The notes below the pieces were generated by a model. It was not told the origin of the DNA. It made no database searches and saw only the letters and a list, made by a program, of their open reading frames with translations. The position numbers were made by a program, and so were the translations under genes. DNA of 64,000 nucleotides from Desulfatiglandales bacterium. Lineage in GTDB: Bacteria; Desulfobacterota; DSM-4660; Desulfatiglandales; HGW-15. Positions 32,389-41,918 of the stretch are shown in pieces (the stretch's first letter is position 1; the number at the start of each line of letters is the position of its first letter). The stretch covers positions 1,088,001 to 1,152,000 of the forward strand of contig CAXXJJ010000001.1 in assembly GCA_963667015.2 (NCBI GenBank), read 5' to 3'.

Positions 32389-33069
32389 GTGATCATGGCT
32401 ATTAAAACTAAATCAATTGCTAGTTTACCTCTTAGTGTCATAGTGGCATTAATTGTAACAAGTTTGCTTTTTATTGCTATCCCTCTTTTGACAAAAATTT
32501 CTACCATGAAAAAAAGTAAAGAGAAGGTTCAGCACGTTCTTATAACTCAACGAAAACCGCCACCTCCTCCTGAGCCAGAAAAAGAAGAAAAGCTTGAAGA
32601 ACAAAAAAAGCAGGAAGCACCTAAAAAGGCACAGCAGAAGCAAAGAATGCCGCAGCCTAAGCTTAATATTCCATCCAGTGGTTTATCAGCAAATATGAGT
32701 GGAACAATTCAAATCAGTGGTCTTCTTAAGTCGGATTTTAAGGTTTCTGATTCTTTATTTGTTTCTGCTTTTAATTTAAATGAAGTTGACCAGCCCCCAA
32801 GAATCTTAAGAGCTATGCAGCCAAGGTATCCTTTTGAGGCACAGCAAAAAGGGATTGAAGGGAGAGTTACGGTTAGATTTGTAGTTGATGCTAATGGACA
32901 GGCCCAGGAACCTGAGGTTTCAAAGGTTGAACCGAAAGATGTCGAAGGTATTTTTGAAGAATCCGCCCTTGCAGTAGTCAAGAAATATAAATTCAGGCCT
33001 GCAATGAAAGGCGGAAAAGCGGTTGACTGTATTGTTAATCTTCCAATTAAATATTCTGTAAGCGAATAA
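32389..33069 (+). CDS. tonB: Energy transducer TonB
   Basis: N-terminal TM, Pro-rich linker KPPPPPEPE, C-terminal PRYPFEAQQKGIEGRVTVRFVVD. Confidence 0.9.
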   Translation: MIMAIKTKSIASLPLSVIVALIVTSLLFIAIPLLTKISTMKKSKEKVQHVLITQRKPPPPPEPEKEEKLEEQKKQEAPKKAQQKQRMPQPKLNIPSSGLSANMSGTIQISGLLKSDFKVSDSLFVSAFNLNEVDQPPRILRAMQPRYPFEAQQKGIEGRVTVRFVVDANGQAQEPEVSKVEPKDVEGIFEESALAVVKKYKFRPAMKGGKAVDCIVNLPIKYSVSE

Positions 33070-33073
33070 TTAT

Positions 33074-34354
33074 ATGACTATAAATAGAAAAAATATGACT
33101 GGTAAATGTTGTAATATCATGAGGGTTTCACTTTCTGCTATTTTTATCCTTCTGTTAATATGCGGCACGGCTTTTTGTCAGGAAGAAGAAAAAACAGAGG
33201 AAGAAAAACCCAGGCTTTCCCGTGAAGCTCAGTTGGCGATGGTAGAAGCTCAAAAGTTTTTTGAAAGTGAAGACTATGCCAGCGCAAGAAAGCCTCTTCT
33301 TGATTATTTAGCAACTAACCCTGAAGTAGTAAATGAGCAGGTTTATCTGATGCTGGGGTACTGCTGGTATAGTGATGGAAATGCCAAAGAAGCTCTTAAA
33401 GTATTTAAAAAAGGGCACGAGGAATATCCCGATAATTTTGATCTGTTATCATATTATGCCGCTGGATTATATGAAACTGAAGATTTTGCCAAGGCAGCCC
33501 CTTTAATGGAAGAGCTTTATGTTAGAGACCCCAAGAAACAGGAAAGGTTTCTTGAGGCTGCATGGGGTGCATATTACCAGATTGAAAAGTTTGAGGATGT
33601 AATAAGAATTCTAAAAAAGTTAATAAAAGAATCAAAAGAAGTAAAACAAAACTGGTATACCATGATCTTTCAGATTTACTATAATGATATGCAGAATACT
33701 GATATGGCTGAAAAATTTTTACGTGAAGCCATGGCACTTTACCCTATGGAGCCACAGTACTGGAACTTTTTGAGTCTAATAAGGCAGGAAAGAGAAGATT
33801 ATTACGGGATGGCAGGGGCATATGAAATTAAAACATATGTTGCACCTCCAGAAAAGGAAAGCGATTGGAAACAGCTTTTAAGTATGCAGCACAACTTGGG
33901 TTTAGTAAGTAAAGAGGTTAAAAATTTACGAAAATCTATTAATGATGATATAAATAAAGAAGAAGAACAAATTCAAATAGCTGATTTATACGCACGTGCT
34001 TATAAAATCGATAAAGCTGTTTCTTACTTAGATGATATTCTAAAAAAGAAACCATCTTCAAAACTGATGCTAAAGAAGGCTGAGATACTGTATTCCGCAA
34101 GAAAAAACGAAGAAGTTATTGCTGCCTGTGACGATTTAATTGCTGTTAAGAAGGATGAGGGGGATGGAAAAGCCTATTTTATGAAAGGAAATGCTGCGTG
34201 GGATCTGAAAGATTGGGATACCATGGAAGAGGCATTTAAGAGGGCGCAAAGTTACAAAGATTACAAAGCCTTTGCAAAATATGCACTTGGATTTATAGAA
34301 AGTCTTAATGAAGCGGAAAGGCAGATAAAAGAAGATTACAAAAAAGATAAATAA
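33074..34354 (+). CDS. Periplasmic TPR protein of the TonB operon
   Basis: Signal peptide, repeated TPR-like helices, last gene before terminator. Confidence 0.8.
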   Translation: MTINRKNMTGKCCNIMRVSLSAIFILLLICGTAFCQEEEKTEEEKPRLSREAQLAMVEAQKFFESEDYASARKPLLDYLATNPEVVNEQVYLMLGYCWYSDGNAKEALKVFKKGHEEYPDNFDLLSYYAAGLYETEDFAKAAPLMEELYVRDPKKQERFLEAAWGAYYQIEKFEDVIRILKKLIKESKEVKQNWYTMIFQIYYNDMQNTDMAEKFLREAMALYPMEPQYWNFLSLIRQEREDYYGMAGAYEIKTYVAPPEKESDWKQLLSMQHNLGLVSKEVKNLRKSINDDINKEEEQIQIADLYARAYKIDKAVSYLDDILKKKPSSKLMLKKAEILYSARKNEEVIAACDDLIAVKKDEGDGKAYFMKGNAAWDLKDWDTMEEAFKRAQSYKDYKAFAKYALGFIESLNEAERQIKEDYKKDK

Positions 34355-34370
34355 ATAATTAATATACATA

Positions 34371-34412
34371 AAAAAAGGGTTTCAAAATATTTTGTTTTGA
34401 AACCCTTTTTTT
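34371..34412 (+). terminator. Intrinsic terminator of the TonB operon
   Basis: AAAAAAGGGTTTCAAAA-TATTTTG-TTTTGAAACCCTTTTTT. Confidence 0.8.
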
Positions 34413-34582
34413 ATTTTCACTTAATTAAACCTTTAGTATTAAGCTTCCATAGTTAATAATTTGTTGCTCGTGTCTGGCAGTTCTTTTACCCGAATTAATT
34501 TGACACACTGGTATGGTCTTTTTATACTCCTCTTTTGAATCGGTTGTTTAATATAATGTAATACAGTGAGGAAATTAATTCC

Positions 34583-35023
34583 ATGAAGGAAACTGAAGGG
34601 ACTATCGGCAGGGTGTTTATAATACGTCTTGAAGAGGGCGACATTATACCTGATTGTATTGAAGAATTTGCGAGGGAAAAAGCGATAAGTATCGGTCATG
34701 TGATTATTGTAGGGGGGATAGGCTCAGGAGAAGTTGTAGTCGGTCCAAGAGATTCCAAAAAAATGCCTCCAGACCCGATGCTGCTGCCGGTAGACGGCGC
34801 ACACGAGATGCTGGCATCCGGCATAATTGCTCCCGATCAAAACGGGAACCCTGTGCTTCATATTCATGGCGCTTTGGGACGTTCGGGAAGTACTCTTACA
34901 GGATGTTTCAGGCATGGAGTATCAACCTGGCTGGTAGGTGAAGTTGTTTTATATGAAATATTGGAGGCCGATTTAATGAGGGTAAAAGACGAAGAAAGCG
35001 GATTTGATTTGCTTTCGATATAG
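34583..35023 (+). CDS. PPC/DUF296 domain protein (putative Zn-binding)
   Basis: IIRLEEGD, GGIG, LHIHGALG...TLTGC pattern. Confidence 0.82.
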   Translation: MKETEGTIGRVFIIRLEEGDIIPDCIEEFAREKAISIGHVIIVGGIGSGEVVVGPRDSKKMPPDPMLLPVDGAHEMLASGIIAPDQNGNPVLHIHGALGRSGSTLTGCFRHGVSTWLVGEVVLYEILEADLMRVKDEESGFDLLSI

Positions 35024-35112
35024 ATAACAATCTGAGTATGATATGCCTGTCTTGTCCTGAAAGCATATCAGGATAATTTTAACATTTGATTCCTTATCAA
35101 CGGAGGGAAAGT

Positions 35113-35763
35113 ATGGAAATAGAAGTTACAGAAGAGCAAAAAAAGAAGATTGAAGAACTTGGCGCAAGAAAGTGGGATGATGAGGAGATTTCTGCAAGGG
35201 TCCGGAAATTCGCAAAAGAGGGTATTCCACAAAAGAAACTTGAAAAGGAATATCTGGTTGCACACAAGGCTGAGATTCTGGAAAGTGTTCAGAGAAAAGC
35301 GGAAGAATATAATTATATCACCAAGAACTGTTCTCAAGGCACAGCTCTGGCGCTCCTTGATGAATTTGGTATGGGCAGCATGGAGGTTATCAGGGGACTT
35401 ATGCTGTATCCAGGTATAGGGGGAACAGGTGATATGTGCGGAGGGATAACAGGGTCTCTTGTTGCCTTTGGTCTTTTTTTCTTTGGAGATGATCCGCTGG
35501 ATCTTTCAAAGGTGGGGGACTTAATGTTTCTGGCGCAGGACTTTATGGCCTTTTTTGAAGGTGAAATAGGGTATTATTATTGCGCTGATATCCAGGAAAA
35601 GATAATTTTTGGAAAAAATATGGATCCTGGATCCAGTGAGGATAACATGGGTGCCTTCGCGGCAGCAAAAGGCTTTGAAAAATGCGGACTTCCTCCGGGA
35701 ATAGGGGCAAAGCTGGCCGCTGGATTTATGATAGATAACTTTGATATGAGATCTAAATCATAA
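35113..35763 (+). CDS. C-GCAxxG-C-C family putative redox protein
   Basis: NCSQG, GIGGTGDMCGGITG, YCADI, KCG; likely start 35113 after SD GGAGG. Confidence 0.8.
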   Translation: MEIEVTEEQKKKIEELGARKWDDEEISARVRKFAKEGIPQKKLEKEYLVAHKAEILESVQRKAEEYNYITKNCSQGTALALLDEFGMGSMEVIRGLMLYPGIGGTGDMCGGITGSLVAFGLFFFGDDPLDLSKVGDLMFLAQDFMAFFEGEIGYYYCADIQEKIIFGKNMDPGSSEDNMGAFAAAKGFEKCGLPPGIGAKLAAGFMIDNFDMRSKS

Positions 35764-35781
35764 AAAACAGGTAGAAGTATA

Positions 35782-36438
35782 GTGATAAAAAATAATGACT
35801 CGCCGAGTAATCTTAAGGCTGCAAAGCAGACAAGAGAAAGGCTCCTGGAAAGGGCAGAGATCCTTTTTGCCCAGAGAGGATATCATGCTGTAAGTGTAAG
35901 AGAAATTACTGCTGCTGCCAAATGCAATATGGCGTCGGTAAATTATCATTTCAACAATAAAAAAAATCTGTATCTCGAAGTGTTCCGCTCAAGGTGGGTG
36001 CCGCGGGAGCAGCTTATGTATGAAGCATTTGAAAAATCAGTTGATTGTCTTGAAGTGCAGACTCCCGAACTAGTGATACAGGCACTAGCAAGAGCTTACC
36101 TGGAGGTTCCCCTGTCTGATGAGGAATTCAGGCGGCACAGGCAGCTGATTGTCAGAGAACTGAATAATCCCACAGAGGCGTTCGAGATTGCCGCAGACCA
36201 GACACTCAGGCCCCTCTTTAAAAAACTTTATGGCCTTCTGGACTCTTTTGCACCGGAGGGTGTTGATGAGGATAATCTAAGCTTTGATATTCTAAGCATT
36301 TTTGGTATCATACTTTACTTTAACTATTCCAGGCCTATGGTTACGCGCATAACAGGAAAAACCTATGATGCGGACTTTAAGGCTCGGCTTATCGATCAAC
36401 TGGTCAGGTTTTCCCTATATGGCCTGAGTGTAAAATAA
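35782..36438 (+). CDS. TetR/AcrR-family (CecR/CerR-like) transcriptional regulator
   Basis: TRERLLERAEILFAQRGYHAVSVREIT...VNYHFNNKKNLY HTH. Confidence 0.9.
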   Translation: MIKNNDSPSNLKAAKQTRERLLERAEILFAQRGYHAVSVREITAAAKCNMASVNYHFNNKKNLYLEVFRSRWVPREQLMYEAFEKSVDCLEVQTPELVIQALARAYLEVPLSDEEFRRHRQLIVRELNNPTEAFEIAADQTLRPLFKKLYGLLDSFAPEGVDEDNLSFDILSIFGIILYFNYSRPMVTRITGKTYDADFKARLIDQLVRFSLYGLSVK

Positions 36439-36538
36439 AGGGGCAGCCTTTAAATGAAGTAGAGGTAGTAGCCGGAGCAGGTTTATATGGGGCTCCGGGC
36501 AAAATCGCTATAAACTGAATAAATTTCAGGGAGGAATT

Positions 36539-39067
36539 ATGACGGAACAAGTTTTTACTAGCTGTACAAACGCTGGTCCCATATCGGTCTATGTCAGGGA
36601 TGGGAAAGTAGTCAGAATCAGACCTTTAGAAGCAAAAGATGAAGACTTCATACCCTCCTGGACAATAGATGACGGGAGCAGAAAATACTCACCGCCGAAC
36701 AAGTTTTTTATATCTCCATATGTGCATGCTGAAAGGACAAGGCTATATTCTGAAGACAGGATAAAATATCCCTATAAAAGAGTTGATTTTGATCCTAATG
36801 GCAACAGAAACACCCATACAAGGGGCAAGGCAAAATATGAAAGGATCAGCTGGGATGAGGCCCTTGATATTGTATCATCCGAAATTACCAGAATAACTGG
36901 TACATACGGCTCATCAGCAATTACCGGAATCACTTCATCGCACCATAACTGGGGTATTGTGGGATACAAGATGGGGCCCTTTGCTCGATTTATGAACATG
37001 ATCGGTTTTACACCAATTTTTGACAATCCGGACAGCTGGGAAGGATGGCACTGGGGAGCTACCCACACCTATGGCTTCTACTGGAGACTGGGTATGCCGG
37101 AGCCATATGATCACCTGACCGATGCCCTGCAGAATGCCGAGATGATTGTCTACTGGTCATGTGATCCTGATTCCACAAGGGGAACCTATACCGGGCAGGA
37201 TTCATGCATGTGGCGCCAGTGGCTCAAGGAAAAGGGTGTGGAGATGGTCTTTATAGATCCCCTCTACAACTACACCAATGCAGCCATGGACGGAAAATGG
37301 ATTCCCATAAGGATGGGAACAGGAACCGCACTGGCAATGGCTATTGCATATGTATGGATAAACGAAGATACCTATGACAAGGATTATATAGACTCCAAAA
37401 CGGTTGGTTTTGAGACCTTTAAAGATTACGTTATGGGCAGGGAAGACGGTGTGGCAAAGACACCAGCCTGGGCATCCGAAGAAACGGATATTCCGGTTAA
37501 GACAATAGTTTCCCTGGCAAGAAGATGGGCATCAAAGAGAACAATCCTGGCCGGCGGTACAAGGGGCGGCGAGGGTGGAGCCTGCAGAGAAGCCTATGCA
37601 ACAGAGTGGGCAAGGATGATGGTCCTGCTTCAGGCAATGCAGGGCCTTGGCAAACCCGGAATAAGCATATGGGGTACGAGCATGGGTGCTCCTTCCAATC
37701 CCGATGTATTCTTCCCCGGGTATGCTGATCCTGACGGAAAGGTAGGTTCAACAAAGGCTGCCACCAAAAAGTTTACACCTGCAGAAAATCCTACAAAGCA
37801 GAGGCTTTACAGGCTTACAGTGCCTGATGCCATCCTGAATCCTCCAATTGACTGGAGGGGTGACGGATTCTGCGGAAATGCCATTGAGCAGCAGTTTAAT
37901 GAATATGTATACCCCATGGAAGGCCACTCAGAGGTTAAAATGTTTTACCGGTATGGCGGTTCATTTATGGGTACAATGAGTGATACTAATAAATGGGTTA
38001 AGATGTATCAGAGCCCCAAGCTGGAGTTTGTTGTCAACCAGGACTGCTGGTATAACAGTGAAACCAACTTTGCAGACATCATCCTTCCTGCATGTACAAG
38101 TATTGAGCGTGATGATGTTGGTGAATGGGGTGCTGCCGGCGGATATACGCATCATGCAAGCAACGGATGCAACCATAGGATAGTTGTGAGACAGCAGAAA
38201 TGTATTGAGCCCCTGTGGGAATCAAAGTCCGATTACCGGATCTTTACAGAACTGGCAGACAAACTCGGCAGGAAGGAAGATTTTACTGACGGCAAGGATG
38301 AAATAGGATGGATAAAGGCATTCTATGAGATTTCTGATCTGCCGAAATTCATATCCTATGAAGAGTTTGAGAAAAAGGGATACTTTGTTATACCCATGCC
38401 CGAAGATTACAAACCTACTGTCTCTATGAGATGGTTTGCAGAGGGCAGGGACTGCGATACACCTGACCCGGGCAACCCGAAACGTGGAACAGACAAGGCA
38501 AAGGAGCTGGGCACATACAGCGGTAAAATAGAGTTTGTATCCGAAAGCCTTAAAAAATATTATCCGGATGATGAGGAAAGGCCTGTTTCACCGAAATATA
38601 TTCCCAGCTGGGAAGGACACAGGTCGGAGCTGGCTGAGAAATATCCCCTGGCAATGGTTTCTCCTCACCCGAGATTTACTTTCCATACCCACTATGACAA
38701 GCACACTGACTGGCTCAATGAGATACCCGTGCATCGTGTCTACAAAGATGGATATCCCTACTGGCCTGCGAGAATTCATCCTTCTGATGCCGAACCAAGG
38801 GGAATAAAGAATGGTGATATCGTAAAGCTTTATAATGATCGCGGTGCAACCCTGTGTATCGCCAAGGTAACAGAAAGAATAAAGCCGGGAATAATTCACA
38901 GCTATGCCTCGTCCGCTGTCTATGATCCTCTTGAGCCCGGAAAGGCCGGATCGATCGATCGCGGAGGCTGCGTGAACCTGCTGACGTCATCAAGGATGCT
39001 TTCAAAGAATGCTCCGGGTATGACTCCCAATTCCTGTCTTATTGAAATTGAAAAGTGGGAGGTTTAA
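36539..39067 (+). CDS. DMSO-reductase-family molybdoenzyme, pyrogallol-phloroglucinol transhydroxylase (AthL)/resorcinol hydroxylase-like large subunit
   Basis: SSHHNWG, NPDSWEGWHWG (Ser Mo ligand), GFYWRLG.PE.YD, GGACR, FPGYA, RWFAEGR..DTPD, SPHPRF, DRGGCVN match my recollection of the Pelobacter AthL sequence; no Tat leader. Confidence 0.88.
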   Translation: MTEQVFTSCTNAGPISVYVRDGKVVRIRPLEAKDEDFIPSWTIDDGSRKYSPPNKFFISPYVHAERTRLYSEDRIKYPYKRVDFDPNGNRNTHTRGKAKYERISWDEALDIVSSEITRITGTYGSSAITGITSSHHNWGIVGYKMGPFARFMNMIGFTPIFDNPDSWEGWHWGATHTYGFYWRLGMPEPYDHLTDALQNAEMIVYWSCDPDSTRGTYTGQDSCMWRQWLKEKGVEMVFIDPLYNYTNAAMDGKWIPIRMGTGTALAMAIAYVWINEDTYDKDYIDSKTVGFETFKDYVMGREDGVAKTPAWASEETDIPVKTIVSLARRWASKRTILAGGTRGGEGGACREAYATEWARMMVLLQAMQGLGKPGISIWGTSMGAPSNPDVFFPGYADPDGKVGSTKAATKKFTPAENPTKQRLYRLTVPDAILNPPIDWRGDGFCGNAIEQQFNEYVYPMEGHSEVKMFYRYGGSFMGTMSDTNKWVKMYQSPKLEFVVNQDCWYNSETNFADIILPACTSIERDDVGEWGAAGGYTHHASNGCNHRIVVRQQKCIEPLWESKSDYRIFTELADKLGRKEDFTDGKDEIGWIKAFYEISDLPKFISYEEFEKKGYFVIPMPEDYKPTVSMRWFAEGRDCDTPDPGNPKRGTDKAKELGTYSGKIEFVSESLKKYYPDDEERPVSPKYIPSWEGHRSELAEKYPLAMVSPHPRFTFHTHYDKHTDWLNEIPVHRVYKDGYPYWPARIHPSDAEPRGIKNGDIVKLYNDRGATLCIAKVTERIKPGIIHSYASSAVYDPLEPGKAGSIDRGGCVNLLTSSRMLSKNAPGMTPNSCLIEIEKWEV

Positions 39068-39070
39068 GAG

Positions 39071-39907
39071 ATGGCCAGATATGGAATGATGATAGATGTT
39101 GATAAATGTACAGGCTGTTACAGCTGTTTTCTGGCCTGTAAGGATGAATTCTGCGGGAATAATTATCCGGGATATTCCGCTTCCCAGCCTGCCAAAGGCC
39201 ATTACTGGATGAAGCTTGTGGCCGTTGAAAGAGGTACATATCCCAAGGTGAAGCTTGATTACATCCCTACTCCCTGCCAGCAGTGTGAAAATGCCTCCTG
39301 TATTTCCGGCGGAACTGAGGGTGCTGTCTATAAACGACCTGACGGCATTGTAATAATTGATCCTGAAAAGGCAAAAGGCCAGAAAGATATAGTCTCTTCC
39401 TGCCCATACAGGGTTATCTACTGGAATGAAGAAGAGAATGTTGCCCAGAAATGTAATTTCTGCGCCCATCTTCTTGACCAGGGATGGAAAGAGCCAAGGT
39501 GTGTTGAGACATGTCCCACCGGCGCTATTATATTTGGCGATCTTGATGATCCGGGGAGTGAAATCTCAAAGAAAGCGGCTGCTGAAAGTACTGAGATTCT
39601 GCGTCCTGAGTTCGGGATGAATCCTTCTGTCTGCTACGTGGGACTTCCCAAACGTTTTATAGCCGGTGAAGTCGTATTTGCAGATAAAAAGGACGAGGCT
39701 GCCCAGGATGTCAAGGTTACACTTAATGACGGGGCCAGTGAAATTACCACAAAGACAGATCATTTTGGTGATTTCGAGTTTGAAGGCCTTGAATCCGGTA
39801 AGGAGATAACCGTCAAACTTGAATATACCGGGTATATTTCGCAGGAGATCAGGGTGAAACTCCTCAAGGATCTTAACCTTGGGGAAATTGTCATGCAGGC
39901 AGCGTAA
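39071..39907 (+). CDS. Fe-S small subunit (BthL-like) with C-terminal beta-sandwich
   Basis: CTGCYSCFLAC, CQQCENASC, CPY, CNFCAH...PRCVETCP; C-terminal KRFIAGEV...TDHFGDFEFEGL domain. Confidence 0.88.
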   Translation: MARYGMMIDVDKCTGCYSCFLACKDEFCGNNYPGYSASQPAKGHYWMKLVAVERGTYPKVKLDYIPTPCQQCENASCISGGTEGAVYKRPDGIVIIDPEKAKGQKDIVSSCPYRVIYWNEEENVAQKCNFCAHLLDQGWKEPRCVETCPTGAIIFGDLDDPGSEISKKAAAESTEILRPEFGMNPSVCYVGLPKRFIAGEVVFADKKDEAAQDVKVTLNDGASEITTKTDHFGDFEFEGLESGKEITVKLEYTGYISQEIRVKLLKDLNLGEIVMQAA

Positions 39908-39936
39908 ATTTATTTGTATTGTTAAATAGATTCGAG

Positions 39937-39964
39937 TAGAGACAGGTTTAAAACCTGTCTCTAC
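39937..39964. repeat. GTAG-type REP-like palindrome
   Basis: GTAGAGACAGGTTT-A-AAACCTGTCTCTAC; degenerate relative at ~62356-62378. Confidence 0.6.
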
Positions 39965-39978
39965 AGGAGAATTATAAT

Positions 39979-40665
39979 TTGAACGAAATATTTGCCGAAG
40001 CAAAAGAGGAAAACCGCTCGATTCTCACTGAGATAGAGGCCAAGCAGATCCTCAGCCAGGCTGGAATAGATTGTACAGATACCAGGCTGGCCAGAACAAA
40101 GGAAGAGGCAGTTACCTTGAGCGAAGAGATCGGTTATCCGGTAGTCCTGAAGGTCTCATCTGTTGATATCACGCATAAGAGTGATGCAGGCGGGGTAAAA
40201 GTGGACCTCAAGGACAGGATTGCGGTAGAAATGGCCTTCGATGATATTCTTGCCTCATCAAAGAAAAAATTCCCCCGGGCTGTCGTAGAAGGGGTATCAG
40301 TGCAGGGAATGGCAAAACCGGGTATAGAGATCATTATTGGAATGACAAGAGATCCGCAGTTTGGGCCTGTATTAATGTTCGGTCTCGGCGGAGTAATGGT
40401 TGAGGTGCTGAAGGATGTTGCCTTCAGAACAGTCCCTCTGGGTAAGAGCGACGCCTCTAATATGATCAGGGGCATAAAAGGCTACAAAATTCTTCAGGGA
40501 AACAGGGGGCAGGATCAGGTTGATACCGGGTACCTTGAGGAATTAATAGTTAAACTTTCGGAATTTATTGAGAAAACTCCGGAAATCAAAGAACTGGATA
40601 TGAATCCTGTTTTTGCGTATAAAGACGGGGCCATAGTTGCAGATGCAAGAATCGTCCTGGAATGA
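39979..40665 (+). CDS. ADP-forming acyl-CoA synthetase beta subunit (ATP-grasp)
   Basis: GYPVVLKVSS..ITHKSDAGGV, RDPQFGPVLMFGLGG, ELDMNPV, ADARI. Confidence 0.9.
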   Translation: MNEIFAEAKEENRSILTEIEAKQILSQAGIDCTDTRLARTKEEAVTLSEEIGYPVVLKVSSVDITHKSDAGGVKVDLKDRIAVEMAFDDILASSKKKFPRAVVEGVSVQGMAKPGIEIIIGMTRDPQFGPVLMFGLGGVMVEVLKDVAFRTVPLGKSDASNMIRGIKGYKILQGNRGQDQVDTGYLEELIVKLSEFIEKTPEIKELDMNPVFAYKDGAIVADARIVLE

Positions 40666-40807
40666 GTGTATGGACCACAATCTTCTCTTTCGCCCTAGTT
40701 CTGAATGTGTACATCATGCTGCAAATTCTTTCCATAGAACCAATCTCTGAATTTTTCCAGGTTAAATATACAGGGTGTGGCTTAATGTGAAATTTTAGTA
40801 AAAGTAC

Positions 40808-40863
40808 TTGACTCTTAAACGAACGTTTGAAATAAACATGTTGTTTAAATAACAGTTGTTTAG
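40808..40863 (+). promoter_or_regulatory. Putative promoter with tandem palindromic operators upstream of the BKACE operon
   Basis: TTGACT followed by TTAAACGAACGTTTGAA, TAAACATGTTGTTTA and AACAGTTGTT. Confidence 0.5.
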
Positions 40864-40930
40864 CTATAAACATCTTAATATTGACCTTAAAATAACGTTA
40901 GTTATTTTTATTTTTCGGAGGAAAAAATAA

Positions 40931-41785
40931 ATGTTTAAAATACTGCCAAAAGATAAAATTATTATCACCGTCTCTCTGACGGGTGCATTAGTAACCAAGG
41001 AACAGCATCCTGACCTTCCTGTAACACCTGATGAAATTGCAGAGAATGCAAGGCTCTGTGTGGAAGAGGGTGCTGCTATTTGTCATATTCATGGTAAGGA
41101 TAAAAACGGCCAGAATACTTCTGATGTTGAGGTTTTTAAGGAAATCAAAGAAAAAGTCATGGCCAAATCAGATGCAATCACACAGTTCAGCACAGGCGGC
41201 GGACCTAACCTGAGCCAGGAACAGCGCATTGAATGCCTTGGCGCGGGTCCAGAGATGGCATCACTGAACATGGGCTCTCTAATGAGACTGTCAGGCCAGT
41301 ACAAGGGGACAGCATTCTGCAACCTTCCCGAAGAAATCGAATTATACCTCTCAAAGATGAGGGATCTTAATATAAAACCGGAAATGGAAGTGTATAACCT
41401 GGCAATGTTTCAGGACGTTAACAGCATCATCAAGAAAGGACTTGTAGAGCCTCCCTATTGTATAAATCTGGTGCTTGGCATGCGTTATCAGGGTGCCCTT
41501 GAAGCTACACCGAGAATACTTACAACCATGTATGATTACCTTCCTGATGATTCGATCGTAAACTGTGCTGCTGTCGGTGCTGATCAGCTGCCTATTACAA
41601 CATTAAACATGCTCATGGGCGGGGCAGTGAGAGTTGGCCTTGAAGATAATATCTACTACAGCAAGGGTGTTAAGGCTACCAACATGTCGCTTGTTGCAAG
41701 GACTGTAAGGATTGCCAGAGAGCTTGGCAAGGAGCCTATGTCACCGACAGAAGCCAGGGAGTTTCTCGGACTCAAACCGCTTTAA
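40931..41785 (+). CDS. Beta-keto acid cleavage enzyme (BKACE/DUF849, Kce-like)
   Basis: LPVTPDEIA, HIH, STGG, SLNMGS, PEMEVY, RVGLEDN. Confidence 0.92.
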   Translation: MFKILPKDKIIITVSLTGALVTKEQHPDLPVTPDEIAENARLCVEEGAAICHIHGKDKNGQNTSDVEVFKEIKEKVMAKSDAITQFSTGGGPNLSQEQRIECLGAGPEMASLNMGSLMRLSGQYKGTAFCNLPEEIELYLSKMRDLNIKPEMEVYNLAMFQDVNSIIKKGLVEPPYCINLVLGMRYQGALEATPRILTTMYDYLPDDSIVNCAAVGADQLPITTLNMLMGGAVRVGLEDNIYYSKGVKATNMSLVARTVRIARELGKEPMSPTEAREFLGLKPL

Positions 41786-41918
41786 TAAGCCCCGGGAACA
41801 GAGAATTTTCCGTTAGACTGATAGAGTGAAGCGGGGCGCGCCTTTAAGACAAAAAAGGTGCTGCCCCGCATGTGCTTGAAGAATAAAGCTTATCAAAATA
41901 AAAATATGGAGATAAAAA

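Noticed and set aside
36439..36538. Moco riboswitch upstream of the Mo enzyme
   Set aside because: Only a simple CCGGAGC/GCTCCGG hairpin; no multi-stem motif can be supported
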